Positions 1-9,062 of a stretch of DNA of 34,365 nucleotides are shown piece after piece. Location of the stretch: NCBI GenBank assembly GCA_029838215.1, contig JALGVI010000032.1:1-34365 (forward strand). The letters are read 5' to 3'. Positions within the stretch are counted from its first letter, which is position 1, and each line of letters opens with the position of its first letter. Origin of the DNA: Candidatus Helarchaeota archaeon (GTDB lineage Archaea; Asgardarchaeota; Lokiarchaeia; Helarchaeales; RDOG01). The translations under genes and the position numbers were made by a program. The notes below the pieces were generated by a model. The model worked only from the letters and a program-made list of their open reading frames with translations. It searched no databases and was not told the origin of the DNA.

Positions 1-2
1 AT

Positions 3-239
3 GATTTAATCGTTGAACTTATTCCATTGGCCGAAATGTTTTTGAGAACGGGAAGCATCATGCGAAATAAAGGCACGCACTCGTTTCGAGAAGCACTTGG
101 AATGGAACCCGAACGCAAGATTTCTTCAAAAACTATTGAAGACATGAATAAATTATGTCAAAAAACGGGATTTTCCCAATTAATTAAGCAAATAAAGGAT
201 CGAAAGAACAAAGCAGGCAAAAGGAAGCACGTTTATTGA
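3..239 (+). CDS. hdrC: Heterodisulfide reductase subunit C-like, C-terminal part (5' truncated by window edge)
   Basis: Frame is open back to nt 3 (DLIVELIPLAEMFLRTG...). The tail REALGMEPE...KTGFSQLI resembles HdrC C-termini, and the stop overlaps the hdrB start. The Fe-S motifs lie outside the window. Confidence 0.6.
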   Translation, partial: DLIVELIPLAEMFLRTGSIMRNKGTHSFREALGMEPERKISSKTIEDMNKLCQKTGFSQLIKQIKDRKNKAGKRKHVY

Positions 240-1162
240 TTCCCCAGAAAAATATCAAGAAAAGCCGTCTTGAAAAGATTCCCACGGAAGGACCGGTTTT
301 CATCTTCCGAAGTTGTGTGGCAAATGAACTTTATCCTTTCATGGAATCATCTCTTCACGAGATCTTGGATTTACTGGACATCGAATGGATCGAATCAGAT
401 GATCAAGCATGTTGTGGAGGAGTATTTGAGAATTTTTCATCTGATCTAACAATAGCTGCAATAAATGCCATTAATTTCAGCGTGATGGAACAAAAGTCGA
501 AGAACGTCATCGTTTCTTGCAATGAATGTTATTCTTCCCTCCAGAACACGAAAGAATTCCTCGAAATATCAGAAAACAAAGCAAAGATTGATGCCCTGTT
601 ACGCAGTATTAATCGTTCAGTGAACAATAATCTTGAATTCTTTCATGTAATCGAGTTTTTTTATAAGAATCTTGAAAAAATCATCAGCAAGAAAAAACGT
701 GATTTGAGCAACCTTCGTCTTGTCGTGCACTACGGATGTCATTATATACGCACGCATCGACAGGAAATTTTGGATGATCCCGTGTTTCCTTTCATAATGG
801 ACAAAATTTTGAGTGCTTTAGAAATCCAAACCTTGGATTATACTGAAAAATCCCTTTGTTGTGGCATGGGCTACATCCAAAAGATGATCAATCCCGAATC
901 CTCACTTGAGATCAGTTATAAAAAGTTAAAAAGCATTGCGCAAGTTAAGCCCGATGCAATAGTAAACATATGTCCTGCTTGCATTAACGTCCTTGATAAC
1001 GCTCCAATTCTCATAGAAATAGAAAAAGATGAAGAATTTCAAATTCCAGTTATCCACGTGAATCAATTAATTGGCTTATACATGGGACTTGATCCAATAA
1101 CCGTTTTAGGACTTGGAAATCATAAAACCAGCACGGAAAATTTCTTAAAAAAAGTCACGTGA
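236..1162 (+). CDS. hdrB: Heterodisulfide reductase subunit B-like (two CCG domains)
   Basis: Two Cys-rich repeats: SCVA..ACCGG..SCNECY and HYGCHY..LCCGMG..ICPACI, plus a C-terminal IPVIHVNQLIGL typical of HdrB. Confidence 0.88.
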   Translation: MIPQKNIKKSRLEKIPTEGPVFIFRSCVANELYPFMESSLHEILDLLDIEWIESDDQACCGGVFENFSSDLTIAAINAINFSVMEQKSKNVIVSCNECYSSLQNTKEFLEISENKAKIDALLRSINRSVNNNLEFFHVIEFFYKNLEKIISKKKRDLSNLRLVVHYGCHYIRTHRQEILDDPVFPFIMDKILSALEIQTLDYTEKSLCCGMGYIQKMINPESSLEISYKKLKSIAQVKPDAIVNICPACINVLDNAPILIEIEKDEEFQIPVIHVNQLIGLYMGLDPITVLGLGNHKTSTENFLKKVT

Positions 1163-1269
1163 TTGATTTATTTTTAATGAATTATTTGAAAAATCAAATA
1201 TTTTCATTTCATAACCCCCTATTTAACTCATTTCTTGAAAAAACACCATCATTCATAAATTAGTCAAAT

Positions 1270-1290
1270 AATGTTAGTAACATTTATAAA
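1270..1290 (+). promoter_or_regulatory. Palindromic operator candidate overlapping a TATA box upstream of the ArsR-cdc48 unit
   Basis: Perfect inverted repeat AATGTTA-G-TAACATT (1270-1284) overlapping TTTATAAA (1283-1290), about 80 nt before the regulator start. Confidence 0.55.
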
Positions 1291-1372
1291 ATGACCATTG
1301 CCATTATTGTATTGAAGAACGAAAAACCGAGTCATTTAATGCCTTGGATCCTTTTTTACCTAGGATGTATGT

Positions 1373-1927
1373 ATGATGGACGTCGATGAATTTGAACTTC
1401 TAAGACTATTAGGAAATAAAACACGTCGAGAAATACTTGAGCTAATTTCAGAATCCCCCCGATTCCTATCGGATATATCCAAGGATTTGGAAATAGGGCA
1501 ACAGGCAATTCTCCGTCACCTTAGAGAACTCATGAGTTTCGGAATACTGGAAGAGATGAATGAGGTATTTGATGAATCGGGACAGAAAAAGGGTCGAAGG
1601 CGCAAATATTATAAAATATCAGAAAAACATAGGCGTCGAATCGTCATAGACATATCTCCAGATTGTTTTGACATTCATGATTTACCTTTTCTATCAAACC
1701 AAGATACCGAAACTAAAAATGAATATTGCAAGAATGCTAACGACATAATTTCGGAATATGAGGAATTTAAGGAAAATATCATGGGAATAGATAAAGTAAA
1801 GCGTTATGAGAAGATACTCGAATTTGAAAATAGATTAATGAAAGAAATAGAATGTTTAAATCATGCTCGAAGATTAAATGAAGAAATTCTTCGGGACCTT
1901 CAGGTTTTAAAAAGTCACGTTCTTTAA
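1373..1927 (+). CDS. ArsR-family wHTH transcriptional regulator, HSR1/Phr-like heat-shock repressor candidate
   Basis: LLGNKTRREILELI...SDISKDLEIGQQAILRHLRELMSFGIL...GRRRKYY is an ArsR wHTH, followed by a C-terminal coiled region. It lies directly upstream of cdc48, as for archaeal heat-shock regulators. Confidence 0.8.
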   Translation: MMDVDEFELLRLLGNKTRREILELISESPRFLSDISKDLEIGQQAILRHLRELMSFGILEEMNEVFDESGQKKGRRRKYYKISEKHRRRIVIDISPDCFDIHDLPFLSNQDTETKNEYCKNANDIISEYEEFKENIMGIDKVKRYEKILEFENRLMKEIECLNHARRLNEEILRDLQVLKSHVL

Positions 1928-1956
1928 ATCTTATTCTTTTAATTAATAGAATCGAA

Positions 1957-4236
1957 GTGAATGAAATGGTTGATGAAATACAATTACGCGTGCAATCAAT
2001 AGATGAAAAAAGTGCCATGAGATCATGGGTACGGGTAGATCCAGAAGTCTTCCCGAAATTGAAAATCTCAACGGGAGATATTATTCAGATACGGGGCAAA
2101 AAGACGACAGGAGCCATTGTAATCCCTGCCAAAAAAGAAGATGTAAACATGAACATCATTCGAATGGATGGCCTGATCAGGCAAAATGCTCAAGCAGGTA
2201 TTGGAGATATCGTAACTGTCGCAAAAATTAAGGTTCCAAAGGCTGAAAAAATTGTTTTGGCACCTGCTGCCGAAAATATCAGAGTAAGAATTTCGGGTGA
2301 TAGCATAAAAGGACATCTCATCAATAGACCCGTTAATAAAGGTGATATCTTAAGCGTATTTCGCCAACAGAGGCAACGTTCACAATCAATGCAGTTTTCA
2401 CCTCAATTTTTCGAAGAGTTTTTAACGGGAATGCGGTCTAAAAACCCATCAATGGGAGAAATTCGATTCAAGGTCATCCAGACAGTTCCCAATCAAATCG
2501 TTCAAGTAACGGGAAATACCAAAATTGAGATAAATTCTGAAGCCGTAACCTTACCGTCGGGTGTTCCGATTGTAACATATGAAGATGTTGGAGGTCTTGA
2601 AGACGCCATTCAAAGAATCCGGGAAATGGTTGAGCTTCCATTAAAACATCCCGAACTATTTTCGGCTTTGGGGATAGATCCTCCAAAAGGAGTTCTTTTA
2701 CACGGTCCTCCAGGAACGGGAAAAACCCTACTGGCAAAAGCCGTTGCAAATGAATCAATCGCAAATTTCGAGGTCATCAATGGTCCTGAAATAATGTCCA
2801 AATTCTATGGACAATCTGAAGAAACTTTGCGTAAAAAGTTCGAAAAAGCCGAACAAAAAGCTCCCAGCATCTTATTTATTGATGAAATAGATTCAATCGC
2901 CCCAAAACGGGAGGAAGTAACGGGTGAAGTCGAGCGAAGAGTCGTTGCCCAACTTTTAGGACTGATGGATGGTCTAAAAGGTAGAGGAAATGTCATAGTA
3001 ATTGGAGCTACGAATCGACCAAATGCATTAGATCCCGCACTTCGAAGACCCGGACGATTTGATCGAGAAATTGAGCTTCCAATGCCCGATAAAAAAGGAC
3101 GTAGAGAAATCTTACAGATTCACACGCGTGGAATGCCACTACACGAAGATGTCAACCTTGAAGAAATCATTAACATCACGCACGGATTTGTTGGAGCAGA
3201 CATTGCTGCACTGGCTCGTGAAGCCGCAATGTGTTGCTTGCGAAAAATTTTACCGGAATTAAACTTGGATGAGAGGTTCATTCCACAAGAAATCCTTGAT
3301 AAACTTCGAGTTTGCAGGGAGGATTTTTTGGAAGCACGCAAGCTTGTTGAACCCAGCACCCTCCGCGAAGTAATCATCGAAATACCCAACGTAAAGTGGG
3401 ATGATATCGGAGGACTTCACGATGTCAAGGAAAAACTTCGTGAAACAATAGAATGGCCATTAAAAACGCCAGATATTTTTAAAGAAGTGGGTATTCGTCC
3501 ACCTAGAGGCATTCTCTTGTTCGGACCTCCCGGTTGCGGAAAAACCTTGTTGGCGAAAGGTGTTGCCACAGAAAGCCAAGCAAACTTCATCAGCATTAGA
3601 GGACCGGAAGTATTTTCCAAATGGGTTGGAGAAAGCGAAAAAGCCATCAGGGAAGTATTCAGAAAAGCGAGAACTGCGGCACCATCAATCATTTATTTTG
3701 ATGAACTCGATGCAGTGGCTCCGAGGCGCGGTGCTTATTCGGGCTCGCAAGTCTATGAATCTGTTTTAAATCAAATTCTTTCAGAATTCGATGGACTTGA
3801 AGACCTTAAGAATGTAGTCGTTGTTGCATCAACAAATCGTCCTGACTTGATAGATCCCGCACTATTACGCCCGGGAAGATTCGATCAGTTAATTCTGGTG
3901 CCTGCTCCTAACCGAGAAAATCGAAAGGAAATTTTTAAAGTCCATACAAAACACATGAAACTCATTGATGATGTTGATATTGATAAGATCGTGGGTGATC
4001 TTGATGGATTTAGTGGTGCAGATATCGAAAATCTCATACGAGAAGCAGGAATGGAAGCAATTCGAGATGCAAAATTAAGTAATAAACCAATAAAAGGCGT
4101 GAACTCGATGCATTTTGAACGAGCTGCAAGAGCAGTACACGCAACCCTTACCCCAGACATCATCAAAAAATATGAAAACATGTATAAGACACTAAAATCC
4201 AAACGCGCTGCCGTAAAAGAATCGCACTATGCCTAA
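1957..4236 (+). CDS. cdc48: Cdc48/VCP (VAT) AAA+ ATPase
   Basis: N domain ([12 protein letters not shown]), two AAA modules with Walker A GPPGTGKT and GPPGCGKT, Walker B FIDEID and YFDELD, and [12 protein letters not shown] / LLRPGRFD. Ends in HYA. True start may be the ATG at 1966. Confidence 0.97.
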   Translation: MNEMVDEIQLRVQSIDEKSAMRSWVRVDPEVFPKLKISTGDIIQIRGKKTTGAIVIPAKKEDVNMNIIRMDGLIRQNAQAGIGDIVTVAKIKVPKAEKIVLAPAAENIRVRISGDSIKGHLINRPVNKGDILSVFRQQRQRSQSMQFSPQFFEEFLTGMRSKNPSMGEIRFKVIQTVPNQIVQVTGNTKIEINSEAVTLPSGVPIVTYEDVGGLEDAIQRIREMVELPLKHPELFSALGIDPPKGVLLHGPPGTGKTLLAKAVANESIANFEVINGPEIMSKFYGQSEETLRKKFEKAEQKAPSILFIDEIDSIAPKREEVTGEVERRVVAQLLGLMDGLKGRGNVIVIGATNRPNALDPALRRPGRFDREIELPMPDKKGRREILQIHTRGMPLHEDVNLEEIINITHGFVGADIAALAREAAMCCLRKILPELNLDERFIPQEILDKLRVCREDFLEARKLVEPSTLREVIIEIPNVKWDDIGGLHDVKEKLRETIEWPLKTPDIFKEVGIRPPRGILLFGPPGCGKTLLAKGVATESQANFISIRGPEVFSKWVGESEKAIREVFRKARTAAPSIIYFDELDAVAPRRGAYSGSQVYESVLNQILSEFDGLEDLKNVVVVASTNRPDLIDPALLRPGRFDQLILVPAPNRENRKEIFKVHTKHMKLIDDVDIDKIVGDLDGFSGADIENLIREAGMEAIRDAKLSNKPIKGVNSMHFERAARAVHATLTPDIIKKYENMYKTLKSKRAAVKESHYA

Positions 4237-4297
4237 AAATTTCCTTTTTTTTAGATAAGTAAATTTTAAAAGACAATTTTTCAACTCGTTTTTTATC

Positions 4298-5512
4298 ATG
4301 GTGGAATTTATTCCCTTTCGGGCGTTTCAATACAATCTAAGGAAGATTTCGAAATTAGAAGATGTTATTGCCCCTCCTTATGATGTCATTAAGCCTGCAC
4401 AAGAACGAGAATTGAAGAAACACGTAAATAACATTACCCACGTTGACTTACCGATATCATATAAAAATGCCGCAAAGTTGTTAAACAACTGGATCAAAGA
4501 GAAGATCCTGATTCAGCCCGAAAAGAAAGCATTTTACATTTATGAAATTAAATTCCATAAAAATGATACGCCTTCGAAAATTCAAGGATTAGTTGGACTG
4601 ATAAAACCCGTCGATTTCTCTGAAAAAAAAATCCTACCTCATGAAATGACATTCCCAAAATGCATGGATGATCGAACGAAACTCTTAGAAAATACAAATG
4701 CCAATTTCGGTCCGATTTATTTGATCTATCAAGGCAATTCAAAATTGAGTACAATTCTGGCAGATCATTCAAATTCAAATCCAATTCTCTCGGTTACAGA
4801 TAGAGATGGGTTCATTCACACGATCCGAAAAATAGATGATCCTGGTAAAATTAACGATATTACTAGCGAGTTTAAATCCATTAAATTGATCATTGCAGAC
4901 GGACATCATCGTTATAAAACGGGTCTCCTTTATAGCAAGCAAAAAAATGGTTTAAAATATGTAATGTCCTTTCTCGTTGATATTCAAAATCCTGGGCTTC
5001 TAATCTTTCCAACCCATCGCATGATTAAATCCTTCAAGAATACCCCCGTGGATAAATTTCTCAAAAAAATCGAAGAAAATTTCGACATTCAAGAATTTAA
5101 AGATGATAAAGAGTTAATACATGATATAGAATCCTGTCAACGATTCCATGTCTTTGGTTTTATTCATGGACCGACCAAGAGTTTTTATAAATTTACTCTA
5201 AAGGCAAGCGTTGATCCAACAAAACTGATAAAAAAATCGCATTCAGATGAATGGAAAAAATTGGACGTTTCAATTCTTCATGAACTCATTCTAACGGATG
5301 AATTAAACTCGAATGGAAATATCACTTATGAGAAAAACGTTGAAAATGGAATCAATTCCATCAAGGATAATGAACATGAGGGAATCATCATTCTAAAACC
5401 CACGGAATTAGAAAGCATCCAAAAAATCACGGAATTTGGCGAAATAATGCCTCATAAATCCACGTATTTTCACCCAAAACCTTTAAGCGGACTTTTAATT
5501 TTTAAGAAATGA
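4298..5512 (+). CDS. DUF1015-family protein
   Basis: Family-typical motifs: FIPFRA, IAPPYDVI, ILPHEMT, IIADGHHRY, IFPTHR, C-terminal MPHKSTYFHPKPLSGL. Confidence 0.85.
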   Translation: MVEFIPFRAFQYNLRKISKLEDVIAPPYDVIKPAQERELKKHVNNITHVDLPISYKNAAKLLNNWIKEKILIQPEKKAFYIYEIKFHKNDTPSKIQGLVGLIKPVDFSEKKILPHEMTFPKCMDDRTKLLENTNANFGPIYLIYQGNSKLSTILADHSNSNPILSVTDRDGFIHTIRKIDDPGKINDITSEFKSIKLIIADGHHRYKTGLLYSKQKNGLKYVMSFLVDIQNPGLLIFPTHRMIKSFKNTPVDKFLKKIEENFDIQEFKDDKELIHDIESCQRFHVFGFIHGPTKSFYKFTLKASVDPTKLIKKSHSDEWKKLDVSILHELILTDELNSNGNITYEKNVENGINSIKDNEHEGIIILKPTELESIQKITEFGEIMPHKSTYFHPKPLSGLLIFKK

Positions 5513-5573
5513 TCTAGGAAAAAATAAAAAAGCACTAAAAGTATTTTTTCTATAATTTGTATTAATTGATAAG

Positions 5574-6365
5574 TTGGAAGAAAAAAACGTGTCTTTTGAG
5601 AAGATTTACGGCAAGGACCTCGTAACAATCGATAAAAATCAGCTAAAAAAGCCAATCTCTGTACACGGCATGCCCGGAATGGGAATGGCAGGGAAAAATG
5701 CTGTAGATTTATTTATAAAAGTATTACCGAATGTACGGAAAATACATGAGATATATTCATCGGCTTTCCCCAGTCACGTCGCCATTTTGAATGATGGTTC
5801 CATCAGACCTCCAAAAATAGATATCTATCTTGCGAAAAATCCCGAAGGAAATCATGATTTCATATTGGTTACAGGCGACTTTCAGCCAAGTAGCGCCACG
5901 GGTACGAATGTTCTTTCTTCTTACATCGTAAATTATCTAAACCAGTTAGGAATAACGCAAATCATTTCTTTAGCCGCAACACCTGTAGCGGCACCAAAAG
6001 AAAAACCAAAAGTATTCATGACTGCCACTTCAGACGATTTAATACCCCCGTTTCGTGAATTAGGCGTCAAGCCCTTTATCAAAGGAGTCATTACGGGAAT
6101 GAATGGAACGGTCCCTGCCATGGGAAAGCTTGAACACGACATGGATGGGGTCATCCTTTTATCAGAAACCTTTCCTCAATTCATGGAGGATGCTAAAGCG
6201 AGCGTTTCACTCGTTAGAATACTTGAATCATATTTATTACTTGAAGTGAATACCGAAGAACTTGAAGAAAAGGGAGAAAAAAATCTCAAGATCTACGAAA
6301 AAATGATGAATAAAAAACGAAAACAATCAAAACGTCGCGGACGAAGCGTGGGATACATAAGTTGA
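5574..6365 (+). CDS. PAC2-family proteasome assembly chaperone-like protein
   Basis: GMPGMGMAGKNAV, LVTGDFQP, GVITGMNG, LSET..DAKAS and a C-terminal GYIS match archaeal PAC2/Pba-type proteins. Confidence 0.82.
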   Translation: MEEKNVSFEKIYGKDLVTIDKNQLKKPISVHGMPGMGMAGKNAVDLFIKVLPNVRKIHEIYSSAFPSHVAILNDGSIRPPKIDIYLAKNPEGNHDFILVTGDFQPSSATGTNVLSSYIVNYLNQLGITQIISLAATPVAAPKEKPKVFMTATSDDLIPPFRELGVKPFIKGVITGMNGTVPAMGKLEHDMDGVILLSETFPQFMEDAKASVSLVRILESYLLLEVNTEELEEKGEKNLKIYEKMMNKKRKQSKRRGRSVGYIS

Positions 6366-6380
6366 AGAAGAGGGCTTGAA

Positions 6381-6872
6381 ATGCCAAATAAGATATTTCA
6401 AAACGAAGAATATCATGTTCAAATAGACTATTTACCCGAAAACTTCATCCTACAAGAACTTTCAGGAAACAAAGAAGAAGGCAAGATAATTTTTGAGTCT
6501 CGAGAAATCCTCGATGAATCCTATGGCGCATACATCAAATTTGAATATTCATGGAACACGATAGAATTTGATTTTCGACTTTCAGATGGTGATCTGATCG
6601 ACGAAATCGACAGGCAATATCAACGACTCAGAATAAACTCAATTGAGCGAAATGGAGAATATATTAACACGCACTATAATCAGTACATAACAGGTTCCAG
6701 AATTATCGTTCAAAAAGAGATTCAATACCCCACGGTAGAAATCAATGGTGTTTTCTACTGCGAACATTCTGAGAGACAATTCAATTATCGATTCATGATT
6801 TACCGTAAGATTTATGAAGAGTGGAAAAATACTCTTTTAGAAATCATTCATGCATTTAAATGCCATTTTTAG
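6381..6872 (+). CDS. Hypothetical protein, possibly PsbP/DcrB/Mog1-like fold
   Basis: 163-aa ORF in line with its neighbours. The N-terminal IDYLPENF strand-turn and C-terminal helix-strand (WKNTLLEIIHAFK) resemble the PsbP-like pattern. Fold call is tentative. Confidence 0.6.
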   Translation: MPNKIFQNEEYHVQIDYLPENFILQELSGNKEEGKIIFESREILDESYGAYIKFEYSWNTIEFDFRLSDGDLIDEIDRQYQRLRINSIERNGEYINTHYNQYITGSRIIVQKEIQYPTVEINGVFYCEHSERQFNYRFMIYRKIYEEWKNTLLEIIHAFKCHF

Positions 6873-7000
6873 CAAGCCATCGCGGAAATCGTCATCATCT
6901 CATTGATGTATTTCTAAATCAAAAAATTAAAATAAAAAAACACGCAAATAATTCTAACTTGCTGGAAATCATTTTACAAACTAAGAGATCGTGAAGATTT

Positions 7001-8344
7001 ATGCCAAAAAAGAGCAACCTCGAAACGGAAATGCTTGAAATACCAACTTCAACAGATTTTCCTAATGTAATGTCCCCTAAACGCATTTATTTCAGTAAAA
7101 TCAAGAATGGAACCAAATATCGCATTGGTAAGGGATTTAGCCTTAAAGAAATTAAGGCCGCCGCCATTCCGCTTGATATAGTCATGAAGTATAAATCACG
7201 AGTTCCAATTGATAGACGAAGAAAGACCCTTCATGATGAAAACGTTGCATATCTTGGAAAGTTATTTCGGGAAATATTAAAACAAAGGGAAAGCAGACTG
7301 GAAGAAATTAAAAAAATAGATAAAAAGAAAAAAGAACTAGTCAAAAACCTGACAAAAAGTCTTGGCATATCAAAAAAGGAAGCACTTGCAATTACAGAAG
7401 CGGGAGTTAAATCTGTTGAACAATTAGTAAATGAAGATCCAAAGGTTTTAGCTAAGGATTTAGGAATTAAAACAAGTGACGTTAACAAGTTAATAAAAGA
7501 AGCAAGGCGCGTGACAGTTCTTAAAGAATTGGAAGATGCAATTAAGAACTTGACCCAACTTAAATCAATAAATGCTTCAAAAGCTAAAGAATTGGCAGCT
7601 CTTGGAATCGTAAATATTGAGATTCTTGCAGAAGAAGTCCCTGAAGAGCTTGCAACAGAGATGGGCTATGCTGAAAAGATGACTTCAAACTGGATAAAAG
7701 AAGCCCGAGAAATGCTTGGATCTAAAACAAAGAAAAAAGAAATTGAAAGATTGAAGCCAGTTGCTAAAAAAGGAAAAAAGCATAAAGTCGAAGAGGCAGG
7801 ACTGAAAGACATCCTAAATAAACAGGAAATAAGAGCACTTGCAGATATTGAAGTAAAAACACTCAAGGATCTTGCAGAAGAAAACCCTGACGAAATTTCT
7901 TCGATTTTGGGCATAAATAAAAATATTACTCAAAAGTGGATAAACGATGCCAGACGGTTGCTGGGTCTCGAACTCGTTACGGAAGTAAAGAAACCTAAGA
8001 AGCAAAAATACGAAGAGATAGACCAGCTAATCGAAAAAAGTTTCGAAATATCCCTTGATTTAGAAGAGGAAGAAGAAATAAGTTCTGAAGAAATTAAAGA
8101 AACAATGGAAGAAATAAAAACCGTTGCTAAAAAAGTAGAAGACGAAAAAGATGAACTAAAAAAGACCGTTGCTTTGCTTGTTAAAGTACCCAGTCTGGGA
8201 AAAGCATCTGCTGAAAAACTGTATAAAGCAGGAGTTCGGACCATCGAGGATTTGATTCATGCAAACGCTGAGGAACTGGCAGAAAAAAGCAAGATTTCCA
8301 TCAAAAAGATTCAAGTTTTCATTGAAAATGCTTCAAATTTATGA
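7001..8344 (+). CDS. rpl13e: Ribosomal protein eL13 domain fused to four tandem (HhH)2 modules
   Basis: RIGKGFSLKEIKAAAI...VPIDRRRKTLHDENV is the eL13 signature. It is followed by four ~55-aa repeats such as VPSLGKASAEKLYKAGVRTIEDLIHANAEELAEKSKIS (RadA-N/NusA-AR-like HhH). Confidence 0.85.
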   Translation: MPKKSNLETEMLEIPTSTDFPNVMSPKRIYFSKIKNGTKYRIGKGFSLKEIKAAAIPLDIVMKYKSRVPIDRRRKTLHDENVAYLGKLFREILKQRESRLEEIKKIDKKKKELVKNLTKSLGISKKEALAITEAGVKSVEQLVNEDPKVLAKDLGIKTSDVNKLIKEARRVTVLKELEDAIKNLTQLKSINASKAKELAALGIVNIEILAEEVPEELATEMGYAEKMTSNWIKEAREMLGSKTKKKEIERLKPVAKKGKKHKVEEAGLKDILNKQEIRALADIEVKTLKDLAEENPDEISSILGINKNITQKWINDARRLLGLELVTEVKKPKKQKYEEIDQLIEKSFEISLDLEEEEEISSEEIKETMEEIKTVAKKVEDEKDELKKTVALLVKVPSLGKASAEKLYKAGVRTIEDLIHANAEELAEKSKISIKKIQVFIENASNL

Positions 8345-8381
8345 AAAAAAAGTAATGGAAAATAATTATTCTACTAATTTT

Positions 8382-9062
8382 TTATTTACTTTCTATTAAT
8401 TTTTTATATACTTCTTTCTTTTTGGCATCCATGGTCAAAAGCTCTCTCGGCGCATTTTCATCATCAATTTCATTTAAAATGTTCATCAGCATTTCTTTTA
8501 ATTCGTCCAACGTGGCATCCTCATGATACGCTTCTTTCAATAGACTCATTGCCTTGTTTTCATCGTTTCCTACAGCTATTGCTTTAACTTTAAATTTGGC
8601 TCCACTAGGTTCAATCAAATGAATGGATGGACCAGAAGAATCGATTCCCGCAAAAATAAGGCTTACACCAAAAGGTCTACCGCCAAATTGAGTAACTTGT
8701 TGCATTTTATTGCTAATTTTCCAAGCCAAAACATCGAGATCGGGATCTTCATTATAATACAGCCGCTGTACTTGAGCCTCAATTCGTGCTTGATTTATCA
8801 AAACTCTCGAATCGGCTAACAGACCCGAAAATGCTGTAAAAATAAATTCTTCAATTTGAAAAATTTTCTCATTATTCTCGTATAATGGATTAAAACTATT
8901 ATACTGTGATAGAACTACCACACCTGCATTTGACCGTGCAGCCAAAACAAGAGACCCGCGCTTCACGGCTTCTCGTGCATACTCTATCTGATGAATTCTG
9001 CCGTCAGGACTGAACATGGTAGCAATCCTGTCATACCCTCCTAACCGTCCAACATCAAACAT
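8382..9062 (-). CDS. psmA: 20S proteasome alpha-type subunit, divergent paralog
   Basis: GYDRIATMFSPDGRIHQIEYAREAVKRG, SGLLADSRVL, GGRPFGVSLIFAG. 226 aa with a degenerate C-terminal third. Confidence 0.93.
   Translation of the reverse strand: MFDVGRLGGYDRIATMFSPDGRIHQIEYAREAVKRGSLVLAARSNAGVVVLSQYNSFNPLYENNEKIFQIEEFIFTAFSGLLADSRVLINQARIEAQVQRLYYNEDPDLDVLAWKISNKMQQVTQFGGRPFGVSLIFAGIDSSGPSIHLIEPSGAKFKVKAIAVGNDENKAMSLLKEAYHEDATLDELKEMLMNILNEIDDENAPRELLTMDAKKKEVYKKLIESK

Noticed and set aside
1177-1207. AT-rich hairpin ATGAA-T-TATTTGA-AAAA-TCAAATA-TT-TTCAT after hdrB
   Set aside because: The palindrome is real but A/T-dominated. It is most simply a terminator-region feature or chance, with nothing to support more.
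2359-2460. Gln/Phe-rich insert in the Cdc48 N domain ([20 protein letters not shown])
   Set aside because: Variable low-complexity loops at this position are common in archaeal Cdc48. It is not an intein (no Cys/Ser...His-Asn ends).
6354-6365. PAC2 C-terminus GYIS as an HbYX motif
   Set aside because: Tyr is third from the end, not penultimate, so it does not fit HbYX.
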